Assembly (NCBI GenBank): GCA_963745035.1
Contig: CAVUVW010000015.1
Coordinates: forward strand, 64,001 to 128,000
Source: an uncultured delta proteobacterium
GTDB lineage: Bacteria; Desulfobacterota; Binatia; UBA9968
Reading direction: 5' to 3'
DNA length: 64,000 nucleotides
Positions 19,274 to 29,002 of this stretch are shown here, piece by piece. Position 1 is the first letter of the stretch. The number at the start of each line of letters is the position of its first letter. A model generated the notes under the pieces. The model worked only from the letters and a program-made list of their open reading frames with translations. It was not told the DNA's origin and made no database searches. A program made the position numbers and the translations under genes.

Positions 19274-20776
19274 ATGCTCGAATCCCTGGCGAGCCTTATT
19301 TACGGCTTCAACATCGCGCTGCAGCCGCAAAATCTTTTCTATTGCTTCATCGGCGTCACCATGGGAACCCTCGTCGGCGTGCTTCCCGGCATCGGTCCGA
19401 CGGCGACCATCGCGCTGCTCTTGCCGGCCACTTTCGCGCTCAATCCAATCTCCGCCATTATCATGCTCTCGGGCATCTGCTACGGCGCCATGTACGGCGG
19501 CTCGACGACTTCAATCTTGCTCAATATTCCCGGCGAAGCCTCGTCCGTGGTGACCTGTTTCGACGGCTATCAGATGGCGCGTCAGGGCCGGGCCGGCGCC
19601 GCCCTCGGGATTTCCGCCTTCGCTTCCTTCATCGCCGGCACCTTCAGCATCTTCGGCCTCATCCTGCTCGCTCCGACGCTCGCCCATTTCGCGCTCCGAT
19701 TCGGCCCGCCGGAGTATTTTGCCCTGATGGTGATGGGGTTGACGGTGGTTGCCTATCTGGCGAGAAAATCGATGGCGAAAGCTTTGATGATGGCGGTTGT
19801 CGGCATCCTGCTCGGATGCATCGGCCTCGACCCGATCACGGCAACGCCGCGGTTTACTTTCGGCATGCTGGAACTGGCGGACGGGATTGGCATAGCGCCG
19901 GTGGTGATGGGGCTTTTCGGCATCGCCGAGGTTCTGGAGAACCTCGGCGTGCGGCGCAAGACCGAAGTCTTTGCCGAGAAGATCAAGGGGCTTTTCCCCA
20001 ACCGCGAAGACTGGAAACGATCCGTCGGCCCGATCGCGCGCGGCTCGCTATTAGGATTTTTCCTGGGACTCTTGCCCGGAGTGGGAGCCATCGTGCCGCA
20101 ATTTTTGAGCTATGCCCTGGAAAAGAAACTCTCGCGCCGTCCCGAACGATTTGGCAACGGCGCCATCGAAGGCGTCGCTTCGCCGGAGGCCTGCAACAAC
20201 GCCGCCGTCGGCGGAACCTTTATCCCGCTTCTGAGCTTGGGCATACCTTCTACTGCGATGACGGCGATTTTGCTAGGCGCCTTGATGATCTATGGCCTCA
20301 CCCCCGGACCTTTGTTGATCAAGAATTCCCCCGATCTATTCTGGGGCGTGATCGCGAGCATGTACATCGGCAATCTCATGCTCTTGGTTCTCAACCTGCC
20401 GCTGATTCCCTTGTGGGTGCGTGTACTCAAAATCCCCTACTCCTATCTTTCGTGCTTTATCGTTCTCTTTTGTCTGATCGGCGCTTATAGTCTCAACAAC
20501 AGCACCACCGATATCTACGTCGCGGTCGTCTTCAGCGTGGTCGGACTGCTCATGAAGAAATTCGCTTTCGAGCCCGCGCCGCTGGTGCTCGCGTTCGTTT
20601 TGGGTCCTTTGCTCGAGACCGCTTTGAGGCGCTCGCTGATCCAATCGGATGGCAGCCTTTTGATCTTCCTACAAAGGCCGATCTCCGCGGCATTCATTCT
20701 GTTTTCCGTCGCTGTGCTCGTTGCGCCGCTGTTCGGACAGATAAGGTTGGGACGTGGACTCAGCGAAGAGGACTAA
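19274..20776 (+). CDS. tctA: Tripartite tricarboxylate transporter large permease
   Basis: [11 protein letters not shown]; [18 protein letters not shown]; DGYQMA; PEACNNA; LGIP. Confidence 0.95.
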   Translation: MLESLASLIYGFNIALQPQNLFYCFIGVTMGTLVGVLPGIGPTATIALLLPATFALNPISAIIMLSGICYGAMYGGSTTSILLNIPGEASSVVTCFDGYQMARQGRAGAALGISAFASFIAGTFSIFGLILLAPTLAHFALRFGPPEYFALMVMGLTVVAYLARKSMAKALMMAVVGILLGCIGLDPITATPRFTFGMLELADGIGIAPVVMGLFGIAEVLENLGVRRKTEVFAEKIKGLFPNREDWKRSVGPIARGSLLGFFLGLLPGVGAIVPQFLSYALEKKLSRRPERFGNGAIEGVASPEACNNAAVGGTFIPLLSLGIPSTAMTAILLGALMIYGLTPGPLLIKNSPDLFWGVIASMYIGNLMLLVLNLPLIPLWVRVLKIPYSYLSCFIVLFCLIGAYSLNNSTTDIYVAVVFSVVGLLMKKFAFEPAPLVLAFVLGPLLETALRRSLIQSDGSLLIFLQRPISAAFILFSVAVLVAPLFGQIRLGRGLSEED

Positions 20777-21224
20777 AACAATCGCCGCCGGTGCCGGCGC
20801 GCTATTCTGGGTTACCGCCGGACTGCTGGCATGTTACGAAGCCATCCAGCTCGGTCTGGGAAGCGTTACCGAGCCGGGCGCGGGTTTCATTTTTTTCTGG
20901 TCGGGGCTGATTCTGACAGTCCTGTCCCTCATCGTCTTCGCCGATTCCGTTCGCACTCCCGCGGAAACGCCGCGGGAAATGCGCGAGATCAACTGGACAA
21001 AGATTGCTCTGGTACTTCTCTCGGTCTTGTTGTACGGCTTCTTTTTGGAAAGGCTCGGTTTTGTTCTGACAACGTTTATTCTCGTGAGTTTCTTACTGGC
21101 TTGCGTCGAGGGCACAAACTGGTTCCGATCCCTTGGCGTAGCATGCGCGGCGGCGCTGGCGAGCTATACGATGTTCGAGCTGTGGCTAAAGATCAGGCTT
21201 CCCAAAGGCTTCTTGGGTTTCTGA
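20754..21224 (+). CDS. tctB: Tripartite tricarboxylate transporter small permease
   Basis: 4-5 TM; PGAGF; LERLGF; LKIRLPKG; lies between tctA and tctC. Confidence 0.88.
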   Translation: MDSAKRTKTIAAGAGALFWVTAGLLACYEAIQLGLGSVTEPGAGFIFFWSGLILTVLSLIVFADSVRTPAETPREMREINWTKIALVLLSVLLYGFFLERLGFVLTTFILVSFLLACVEGTNWFRSLGVACAAALASYTMFELWLKIRLPKGFLGF

Positions 21225-21240
21225 TAGGGAAAGGAGAATA

Positions 21241-22239
21241 ATGATGACTCCATTGCGCAAAAGATTTCTGGCGCTGGTTTTGGCACATGCGATCGCTCTC
21301 AGTACGGCGCCAACTCTCCTCTGGTCGCAGGATAAGTACCCTTCAAGGCCAATCGAAATGGTCGTAGCATTTCCGGCCGGTGGCTTTGCCGACGTGACCG
21401 GCAGAATTTTCGCCGAAGAGATGTCGAAGGTGCTGAACACCCCGATCGCGCCGATCAATAAAGGCGGCGCCACCGGCAGCCTCGCCGCCACATCCATGCT
21501 CAGTGCAGCGAAGGATGGCTACAGCATCTTGGTGAACACGCTCGGCGGCATGGTGCTCGCGCCGGTTACTCTCAAAGACATCAAATACGACACGAACAAG
21601 GATTTTTATCCCGTCGCCTTCATCACATCCGCGCCGGACGGACTGACGGTGCGCGCGGAGTCGCCGTACAAGAATCTCAATGACCTGATCGATGCGGCGA
21701 AAAAGAACCCCAACAAATTGTCCTACGGAACGGCGGGCACCGGCGTCGGCGGCCACTTTAATTCTTTGATCCTCTCCCAGGTCACCGGCATCAAGATCAA
21801 ACATGTCCCGTACAAAGGCGGCGGAGAATACATTCCCGCGCTCCTGGGCGGGCATCTGGATTTCGTCATCGGCACCGCGATCGCGACGTTGCCGCAGGAA
21901 AGCGCCGGCAAGCTCAGAACCTTGGCGCTCCTGGGCAGCAACAAGATGCAGGGACTGCCCTCGGTCCCGACCACCGCTGAGCTGGGCATCAAAGGAAATT
22001 ATCTCGACAGTTGGTCCGGCGCCTTCGTTACCACCGGCACACCCAAACCGGTCATCGATACACTGACGGCCGCGGCTGAGAAAGTGATCAAGTCCAAGGA
22101 ATTCAGCGCGAGAATTGAAAAAACCGGCGGCGTCGTTCAGTACATCGCCCCCGCCGAGTTTCGCTCGATGATCGAGCGCGACAAAAACACCGCGCTGGAG
22201 ATCGCGAAGAAAGAGGGACTGGCGCAGGGGGCCAAATGA
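21241..22239 (+). CDS. tctC: Tripartite tricarboxylate transporter substrate-binding protein (Bug family)
   Basis: YPSRPIEMVVAFPAGG; NKGGATG; DGYSIL; HVPYKGG; PSVPT. Confidence 0.93.
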   Translation: MMTPLRKRFLALVLAHAIALSTAPTLLWSQDKYPSRPIEMVVAFPAGGFADVTGRIFAEEMSKVLNTPIAPINKGGATGSLAATSMLSAAKDGYSILVNTLGGMVLAPVTLKDIKYDTNKDFYPVAFITSAPDGLTVRAESPYKNLNDLIDAAKKNPNKLSYGTAGTGVGGHFNSLILSQVTGIKIKHVPYKGGGEYIPALLGGHLDFVIGTAIATLPQESAGKLRTLALLGSNKMQGLPSVPTTAELGIKGNYLDSWSGAFVTTGTPKPVIDTLTAAAEKVIKSKEFSARIEKTGGVVQYIAPAEFRSMIERDKNTALEIAKKEGLAQGAK

Positions 22240-22420
22240 AAGAGACGAGACCTCTGTAGAAGCAAATTTCTTTGGATCGCCAAAAGCGCTGAGTATGACC
22301 ACGCGCGGCCAACGTGAAATTGATATCCCTACGTACCGGCTTTGAACAACGGTTCAATATCCCCTAGTACACTGCTGGAATTGCAGCTGCAGACTCAATA
22401 GTTGGGTGTCATGAGGAAAT

Positions 22421-23284
22421 ATGAAACAAGCTAAAGGCCCTGAGTTCATCCGTTTCTTTCGGCCGATTCTTGAGCTGCTGCTGGAATCTGGCGGCACTGG
22501 CACTCCTTCCGAAATTGTTGACCGTTCCCTTGAAATAGCAAAGGTTTCCGAATCAGAACAGGAGGCCGTCAACAAGAATGGACAATCTCGGATTAAGAAC
22601 CAAGTACACTGGGCACGCCAATATCTGGTGTGGGATGGTTACTTGGATTCATCCAAGAGAGGCGTGTGGAGTCTTACAGATAAGGGTAGGTCCGCTGACA
22701 TCACAAAGGTCAATCCGCTCGAAGTATTCAAAAGCGTTCAAACGAGACTCACCGGGGCAAAGCAAGCGAAGAAGCAGAATACGCCTTCGGCGGACGAACC
22801 GTTACCCAATGACATAGAGTTGCAGGACCACAGGACTCGGCTGCTAGAATTGATCAGGTCGTTGTCACCGGATGGATTCGAGCGCCTAAGCCAAAGACTA
22901 CTTCGTGAGTCTGGATTTCAACACGTGACAGTTACGGGCAGGGCAGGAGACGGAGGGATAGACGGAATTGGGACTCTGCAGGTTAATCCCTTCGTGAGCT
23001 TCAATGTCCTTTTCCAGTGCAAACGATATCTGGGGACTGTCACTCCTTCCCACGTGCGCGATTTTCGAGGCGCCATGATGGGGCGTGCTGATAAGGGCAT
23101 AATCATCACCACGGGCACGTTTACACTTGAAGCCAAGAAAGAAGCACGGCGCGACGGAGTTCCACCCATTGAGCTCGTCGATGGAGATGTTCTTGTCGAC
23201 ATGTTTGAGCGTCTCGAACTAGGACTCATACCCAAACGGACCTACGATATCGATGAACGATTCTTTGATGATTATCGAAAATAG
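22421..23284 (+). CDS. mrr: Mrr-family type IV restriction endonuclease (Mrr_N wHTH plus Mrr_cat)
   Basis: NQVHWARQYL...KRGVWSLTDKG; FERLSQRLL; DGGIDG...FQCKRY; IIITTGTFT...IELVDG; lower GC than flanks. Confidence 0.92.
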   Translation: MKQAKGPEFIRFFRPILELLLESGGTGTPSEIVDRSLEIAKVSESEQEAVNKNGQSRIKNQVHWARQYLVWDGYLDSSKRGVWSLTDKGRSADITKVNPLEVFKSVQTRLTGAKQAKKQNTPSADEPLPNDIELQDHRTRLLELIRSLSPDGFERLSQRLLRESGFQHVTVTGRAGDGGIDGIGTLQVNPFVSFNVLFQCKRYLGTVTPSHVRDFRGAMMGRADKGIIITTGTFTLEAKKEARRDGVPPIELVDGDVLVDMFERLELGLIPKRTYDIDERFFDDYRK

Positions 23285-23286
23285 GC

Positions 23287-23357
23287 ACTCAACAACGCCT
23301 CGCATCTTAGCGGTGGCTCGCCGCGGGTCACTGGCGAAGCAAAGGCAGACGTTGGCT
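23287..23357 (+). mobile_element. Degenerate attC-like integron cassette recombination site
   Basis: RYYYAAC (ACTCAAC) 2 nt after the mrr stop, imperfect central hairpin, GTTGGCT end, 71 bp. The matching core GTTGGGTGTC (22401-22410) before mrr is 8/10 complementary to GGCACTCAAC. L boxes match poorly. Confidence 0.45.
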
Positions 23358-23411
23358 GACAGAGCCAGCGTGATCAATCGATGGGATGTTTACTAGAAAA
23401 CAGGAGTGGTC

Positions 23412-23732
23412 ATGAAAATTGACATCGACAAACTCACCGAGGAAGAACTGATCGACTTGAACAACCGGATCGTGGCGCGGTTGCGGTTTTTGAACCAGAT
23501 GCGCGCGCATTCGCAGATGCTCGACTTTAGGATCGGCAATCGGGTCACGTTTCAGCCCGAAGGACGGCCAGCGCTGTTTGGGACAATCACTCGCTATAAC
23601 AAGAAAACGGTCACGGTCATCACGGATAACGGCCAGCACTGGAACGTGGCGCCGGGACTTTTACGCAAGGCAAGTTCAGGCGAGGGCACGGAGACCCGCA
23701 ACGCAAAGGTCGTCCAGCTGCGCAAGGAGTAG
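23412..23732 (+). CDS. Hypothetical protein (helical N-terminus plus probable SH3/KOW-like barrel)
   Basis: SD AGGAG; MKIDIDKLTEEELIDLN...FRIGNRVTF...GTITRYNKKTVTV...WNVAP. Confidence 0.78.
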   Translation: MKIDIDKLTEEELIDLNNRIVARLRFLNQMRAHSQMLDFRIGNRVTFQPEGRPALFGTITRYNKKTVTVITDNGQHWNVAPGLLRKASSGEGTETRNAKVVQLRKE

Positions 23733-23838
23733 GCTGATCGCTACGCTCCGTCACCTAGGTGGAGTTTGAAAGCGGCCCGCTCGCGCATTCGCCACACGAG
23801 GATCAGGGTCTCGTCAAAGTCGTGTTATGCAAGGTTAC

Positions 23839-23914
23839 AAATCCCTCTAAATCTCCCTTTGCAAAAGGGAGACTTTCATTTCCTCCTTTTGGAAAAGGGA
23901 GGAAGGAGGAATTT
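23839..23914. repeat. REP-like double-hairpin element (CCCTTT..AAAGGG type)
   Basis: aaatccctctaaa-TCTCCCTTTgcaAAAGGGAGA-ctttcatt-TCCTCCTTTTggAAAAGGGAGGA-aggaggaattt. Confidence 0.65.
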
Positions 23915-23993
23915 TTGGAGAGCGGGCTTGTCGAAATTAATTCACTCCGGTGAAACTGACTTTGACGTTGCGGTGATACGAGGTGTCGAAGAA

Positions 23994-24232
23994 ATGAAAG
24001 ACAGTGCCAAATATGCAAAGATTGTGGAATGGCCCGAAGAAGATCAGTGCTACGTGGGAAGTGCCCCCGGCTTGGTTCTAGGCTGCTGCCATGGGGATGA
24101 TGAGAAAAAGGTCTTCGACGAGTTGTGCCAGATCGTCGAGGAAGCGATTGAACTATACCTAAAAGATGGCAAGCCACTCCCGCCTCCGACCTCCGGCGTG
24201 ACTTTGCGACAAAGATGCAAAACGTTGCCTGA
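23994..24232 (+). CDS. HicB-like antitoxin (frameshift near 24197)
   Basis: KYAKIVEWPEEDQCYVGSAPGL...CHGDDEKKVFDEL...AIELYLKDGKPLP, then RDFATKMQNVA* in the next frame. Confidence 0.72.
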
Positions 24233-24259
24233 GAATGCACGTGAATGCGACGTGGTTTC

Positions 24260-24634
24260 GATCGGAAACGTTTCACACAAAATGTAAGATTGAAAACCCA
24301 TCGGAGAGGTCTGCGTTCGGTAATCATACGCAAACTTTTGGTCGATACCGGGAGCGAATTCACCTGGGTGTCCGAGCGGATCGCTCGAACGAATCGGCAT
24401 ACGCGCGCGAAAAAAAGGACGTGCCATTTGTTCTCGCAAACGGCCAGGAAGTCACTCGTAGTGTCGGCTTTGCGATTATCCGTCTCGACAAATTTTTCAC
24501 AATCGACGAAGTCGTCTTTGCGGAACCCGGCGATCTGCAGCTTTTGGGCGCGCGCACGCTCGAAGGCCTAAATTTGACTGGTCGAGCCTACCAGGCGTCG
24601 GCTTGTCGCAGCCGGTCCTCTTCCCGCCGCTTAA
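24260..24634 (+). pseudogene. Clan AA (retropepsin-like) aspartyl protease, several frameshifts and no clear start
   Basis: LLVDTGSEFTWV; FVLANGQEVTRSVG; VVFAEPGDLQLLGARTLEGL; RRRLVAAGPLPAA* spread over several frames. Confidence 0.72.
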
Positions 24635-24745
24635 CTGATAGGCTTGCGCGCGTTACTTATGACTGCGCGCCTCATGCAACAGATAAGATTAACACGACGA
24701 CTGCACAGATAATCCGCTGCGTGAGCGTGGCGACGGATTCAACCA

Positions 24746-25138
24746 CTACTCCGCTCGCGTCGTCAGCTCGATTTTGTAGCCGTTGGGATCTTCGAGAAAC
24801 GCGATGGCGTTGTTACCGCTCCCATGTTTCATCGGTCCCGGCTCGCGCACGATCTTAACGCCTTTTGCGCGAAGCTCGTCACAGGTTTTGTAGACATCCG
24901 GCACACCGAGAGCGATGTGGCCGAAGCCGTTGCCGATATCATATGAGTGTGTATCCCAATTGTACGTAAGCTCGATGACTGCGTCCGTCTCCTCAGACCC
25001 ATAGCCGACGAACACGTTGGTAAACCGGCCGGACTCGTATTCGCGTTTCTTTAAGAGTTTCATGCCGAGCCCGTCGCAATAAAATTTCAAACTCTCGTCG
25101 AGATCATTGACTCGGATCATCGTATGAACAATTTTCAT
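24746..25138 (-). CDS. gloA: Lactoylglutathione lyase (glyoxalase I)
   Basis: MKIVHTMIRV; IELTYNWD; GNGFGHIA; FLEDPNGYKIEL. Confidence 0.93.
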   Translation of the reverse strand: MKIVHTMIRVNDLDESLKFYCDGLGMKLLKKREYESGRFTNVFVGYGSEETDAVIELTYNWDTHSYDIGNGFGHIALGVPDVYKTCDELRAKGVKIVREPGPMKHGSGNNAIAFLEDPNGYKIELTTRAE

Positions 25139-25172
25139 CGCGCCTCCTTCGTCGCATAATATCGCGACCAAT

Positions 25173-26154
25173 TTAGCTCATCGCCTTGGCAAATCCGCGA
25201 ATCGTCTCTTCCCGGCTCCCGCCCGGCGGGCTGTAGGGAATGATCGCGATTTGCTGGATGCCGGTTTTCTTGATGCGCTCGATCTGCGCGCGGCACTGGG
25301 CGACCGTGCCGGCGATGGCGAACTTGTCGACGAGCCAGTCGGGAATGACTTCGGCGTGGTTCGCCTGCTGGTCCATGTGGTGGTAGTAGTCGTAGGTTTT
25401 GCGGATTTCTTCGAGAACTTTCTGTTCGTTGGGATCGAGCACATACGGCAGCGGATGGGCGACGACGCGGGCGACGTGCGCTTTGACGGCATCCTTGGCC
25501 GAAGCGGTCTCGGAAACCGCGCAGGGAACCCAAAGAACGAGATTGATGTCCTCCAGCTTGCGTCCCGCGGCTTTCGCGCCCGCGGCAATTTTTTCTCGCG
25601 CGTGCGCGATGTATTCGTCGGCGACGCCGACTAGCACAATGATGCCGTCGGCGATGCGCCCGGAGAGCTCGAGCATCTTCGGCCCGCTGGCGGCGACATA
25701 GATCGGCACTTTGCGCTTTGCAAGGATGAAGCAGATGAATCTTGCCGCTCGGCAGTTGCGCCTCGTTGCCGGCGAAGAGTTCGCGCATTTGCTCCAAGGA
25801 CTTTTCGAAGTTAGCGAGCGTGGAGGGCTTCAAGCCCATGGTTTCCACCGAGCTGTCGCCCAGGCCGATGCCGACGATCATGCGGCCCGGCGCGTACTCT
25901 TCGAGGGTGGCGTAGGCGCTCGCGAGCACCGAGGGATGGCGCGTCAGCGGATTGGTGACGCCGGTGCCGAACTTGACCTTGGTCGTGTTGAGCATCATCG
26001 CCGTCATGTTGACGTAGGCCTCGCGCCAGATGAGATGCGAGTCGCCGACCCAGATATGGCTGTAGCCCGACTCTTCGCTCACCTTGGCAAGGTGAATCAT
26101 TTTCTGTAACGGCTCGGTGGGAAAAAGACCCACGCCAAAATCAAACCCGCTCAC
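25173..26154 (-). CDS. LLM-class (luciferase-like/Mer-like) flavin- or F420-dependent oxidoreductase (frameshift near 25712)
   Basis: WVGDSHL; GTGVTNPLTRHP; GRMIVGIGLGD; second frame PIYVAASGPKMLELSGRIADG. Confidence 0.88.
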
Positions 26155-26166
26155 TTGGGATTCTCC

Positions 26167-27341
26167 TTAACAACAGGATTGGCTGGCGACCCGCTCCGGC
26201 GGCGGAGTCTGCTGGCTGCGGCCGGCGACCCGGATCTACGCCGTCGATGATCACGTAGGAAATGCCCGGCAGATCCCCTTTGGCAAACGAATCCAATGCA
26301 TCCTTCGCTACCGAGCCGGTGATCTTGTGCATCAACACGAGATCGGCCGGACGTCCTTCTTCCAAAATGCCGATGTTCAAATCATGCGCGCGGCCGACGT
26401 TGCCCGTCGCCATGCAGATCGCCTTCTCGGGTTCGATCTCGCCGACGGACGAGATAAAAGCGATCTCGCGCAAAATCCCGCGCGGCACGATGCCGGTTCC
26501 GCCCGGTGTATCGGTGCCGATCAGCACGCGATGATGCAGACCTTTGGCTTTGACGACTCGTGCGAGACTCAGCGCCAAGCGATAGTTTCCCGACGTGCAG
26601 ATTTCCATGAAACATTCGGTCTCGACCGGCGATGCGGATCATGTCTTCTTCCGGCATGGGAATCGGCCCGCCGGTGATGTGGCCGATGATGTCCGGCTTG
26701 ATTTTCTGCACCATGTCGAATCCGGCCACCTGGCTCACACCCGAGCGCGACACGCCGCCGGAATGAATCTTGACTTTGATGCCGCGCGCGTGCGCCCAGG
26801 CGACGTACCGTTCAGCCTCGCCATTCGGCAGCAGGCTATAATCGTAGAAGATGAATTTGATCAGCTTGATGCCGAGCGCCTGGATCTCGTCGAAGTCTTT
26901 TTCACTGAGTCCGGGAACGAGCAAGAGCGTACCGGCGTGCACCTTCACGCCCGACGGACGCAGGTTGTCGTAGCACTTCTTGGTCACGATCGCGACCGAC
27001 AGCGCCGTGCGCGCGTCCGGCGGCAGAGGAAGGCCGGGCAGATGCAGCTCGCCGGCGGAGATCAGCGCGGTCACGCCGCCGTGCATGTAGTTGGTGATCC
27101 ACGAAAGCGAGTTTTGCGCCGGCGTATACTCGCCGATGGACGGGTGCGAATGAGAATCGATCAGTCCGGGAATGGCCGTGATGCCGTTGGCATCGATGAC
27201 CTGGTCGGCCGCTTGGCTCAAACCTTTGCCGATCGCTTGCACGATGCCGTCGCGAATAAAAATCGAATCCGCCTGCCGCAGCGGGCTCTCCAGCTTGCCC
27301 GTAACAAAAGTGCCGATATTTCTTACGAGTAAAGATGCCAT
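26167..27341 (-). CDS. Enamidase-like amidohydrolase (two frameshifts)
   Basis: LVRNIGTFVTG; PGLIDSHSH; HGGVTALISAG; KIHSGG; GHITGGP; IGTDTPGG; reconstructed end RSQQTPPP...CC* at 26167. Confidence 0.85.
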
Positions 27342-27386
27342 GAACGTGGCCGAACTATATCAGAGCATCGACGAGTGTAAAGCCTG

Positions 27387-27535
27387 GCAGACTGCTGAAA
27401 AAGACCCATATGCTTCGTTGCGCTCAATCGCCTCGCGTCAACGTACTACCGATGTACGCCTCCAGCCTGTCCTGAACGGAGTCGAAGGATCGATTCATCG
27501 CGCGCCGCGCCTCTGAATCTTTTGGAGCAGCCTGC
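27387..27535. mobile_element. MITE-like element (~149 bp) with imperfect terminal inverted repeats and a nested REP-like motif
   Basis: Left GCAGACTGCTGAAAAAGA vs reverse complement of right GCAGGCTGCTCCAAAAGA (15/18); internal CCTGAACGGAGTCGAAGG; non-coding. Confidence 0.6.
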
Positions 27536-27545
27536 AAGAGTTTTT

Positions 27546-28139
27546 TCAGCAAGCTTCGAGATCAGAACAGCTCTTTGCAACTTCCCTCGCCGCGTCATTG
27601 TGCATCTCTGCGGGATTTCCCGACCGGCCGCCGGGAAATACTTTTTGCACGCGCCGCTCCCACAGCAACGCGCCGTCCGCGATGCGCACGAGCTTGAACT
27701 CGACCCACAGCCTGAGCAAACCGGCCGCATCGGCTTCCCAGCGGCGAATCTCGCTCAGCAAGAGCGCGCCGTCGAGTCCGCCTTCGCGCGCGATGCGCGC
27801 CGCCGCTTCGTTGCCGAACGGCAAGACCGCAAAACGGGCATCGTGCTCCTCCGGAAAACGCGCCTGGGCCTTACGCTGCTCAATTTCTCGTTTGACGGAC
27901 GCGCGCAGCAGATCCATCACCGTAGGGCGATAGTCGGGAGACACTTTTCCGGCGATTTCACCCAGCGAGCGCAGCGGGTTGGCGCCGGGAAGGCGCAGAT
28001 CGCTGTCGGTGCTGTTGCGCACCGATGGAATCCACACAGACTTTCCGCCGAGCGCCTGGACGGCAAGCGGTTTCTGCGGCGCTCCCGCGGCGCAGCCTAA
28101 AACTACCAGCATAGAGATCAAAAATACCGCTCGAATCAT
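27546..28139 (-). CDS. Hypothetical lipoprotein, last gene of the metal-uptake operon
   Basis: Lipobox VVLGC; start overlaps the permease stop; VEFKLVRIADGALLWE. Confidence 0.75.
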   Translation of the reverse strand: MIRAVFLISMLVVLGCAAGAPQKPLAVQALGGKSVWIPSVRNSTDSDLRLPGANPLRSLGEIAGKVSPDYRPTVMDLLRASVKREIEQRKAQARFPEEHDARFAVLPFGNEAAARIAREGGLDGALLLSEIRRWEADAAGLLRLWVEFKLVRIADGALLWERRVQKVFPGGRSGNPAEMHNDAAREVAKSCSDLEAC

Positions 28140-29002
28140 GCGCGTATTTTTTTCAGCAGCCATTGGATGCCATAGGTGAAGAAGATCATAACGCACCCGA
28201 GCGCGACGTCTGTCGGTCCCAAGGGGAGATCGAGCCGCACAGAAAGATAAAAACCGCCGAGCGCGGTCGCGAAACCAAGCACCGAGGATAGCGTCAGGAA
28301 AGAACTCATCCCGCGCGCGAGCGCTTGCGCCACCAGCGGCGGCAAGACCATAAACCCAAATACCAGAAGCGGCCCGGCCATGATGACGCCGATGGCGATG
28401 CTAAAACCACACAGCACGTACAACCAAAAGCCCCACTGGACGCTCCCGCCGGTGAGGAGAAAGGAGAGATCGCGGTCGAAGGAGTTCAACAAGAACTCGC
28501 GGCGGAAAAGCACCAGCCCCGCATAGATGATCGCGAAAACGATCGCCAGAAGTTGCAATTCTCCCAGCGACAATGAAATGACTTCACCCTTGAGCAGATT
28601 GAGTATCTCCAGCTCGCCGGCCGGATTGAACACGACAAACAAGATTGTCAACGCCGAAGCGAAAGCATAGGCGGCCGCGAGCCGCCCCTCCGGAGATCCG
28701 GTTGCATGACGATCGAGATAAGCGAGCAGACCCATGCCGGCAAGCGTAAAAACGAGCGACCCGATAGTCGCGAGCAACCTTTCACCGCCCGTGCCGTGGC
28801 TCACGCCCAGTTCATGCGATAACCAGAACGTGAACGCCACGCCGCAGGCGGCAACCTGCGGCAAAGTCAGACCGAGAAAAACCCGGCGCCGTAGCAGCAA
28901 ATGGGCCCCCACCAGCGGGCAGACAAACGCGAGAATCGCGCTTCCCGCGAAGGCCGGAAACAGCAGGAAAGACGGGCTGAAAAGCTCGAAGACGCTTACC
29001 AT
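28136..29002 (-). CDS. Zn/Mn-type metal ABC transporter permease (ZnuB-like)
   Basis: Polytopic membrane protein; GAHLLLRRRVF; SFDRD; GPLLVFGFMVLP; LDLPLGP. Confidence 0.9.
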   Translation of the reverse strand: MVSVFELFSPSFLLFPAFAGSAILAFVCPLVGAHLLLRRRVFLGLTLPQVAACGVAFTFWLSHELGVSHGTGGERLLATIGSLVFTLAGMGLLAYLDRHATGSPEGRLAAAYAFASALTILFVVFNPAGELEILNLLKGEVISLSLGELQLLAIVFAIIYAGLVLFRREFLLNSFDRDLSFLLTGGSVQWGFWLYVLCGFSIAIGVIMAGPLLVFGFMVLPPLVAQALARGMSSFLTLSSVLGFATALGGFYLSVRLDLPLGPTDVALGCVMIFFTYGIQWLLKKIRA

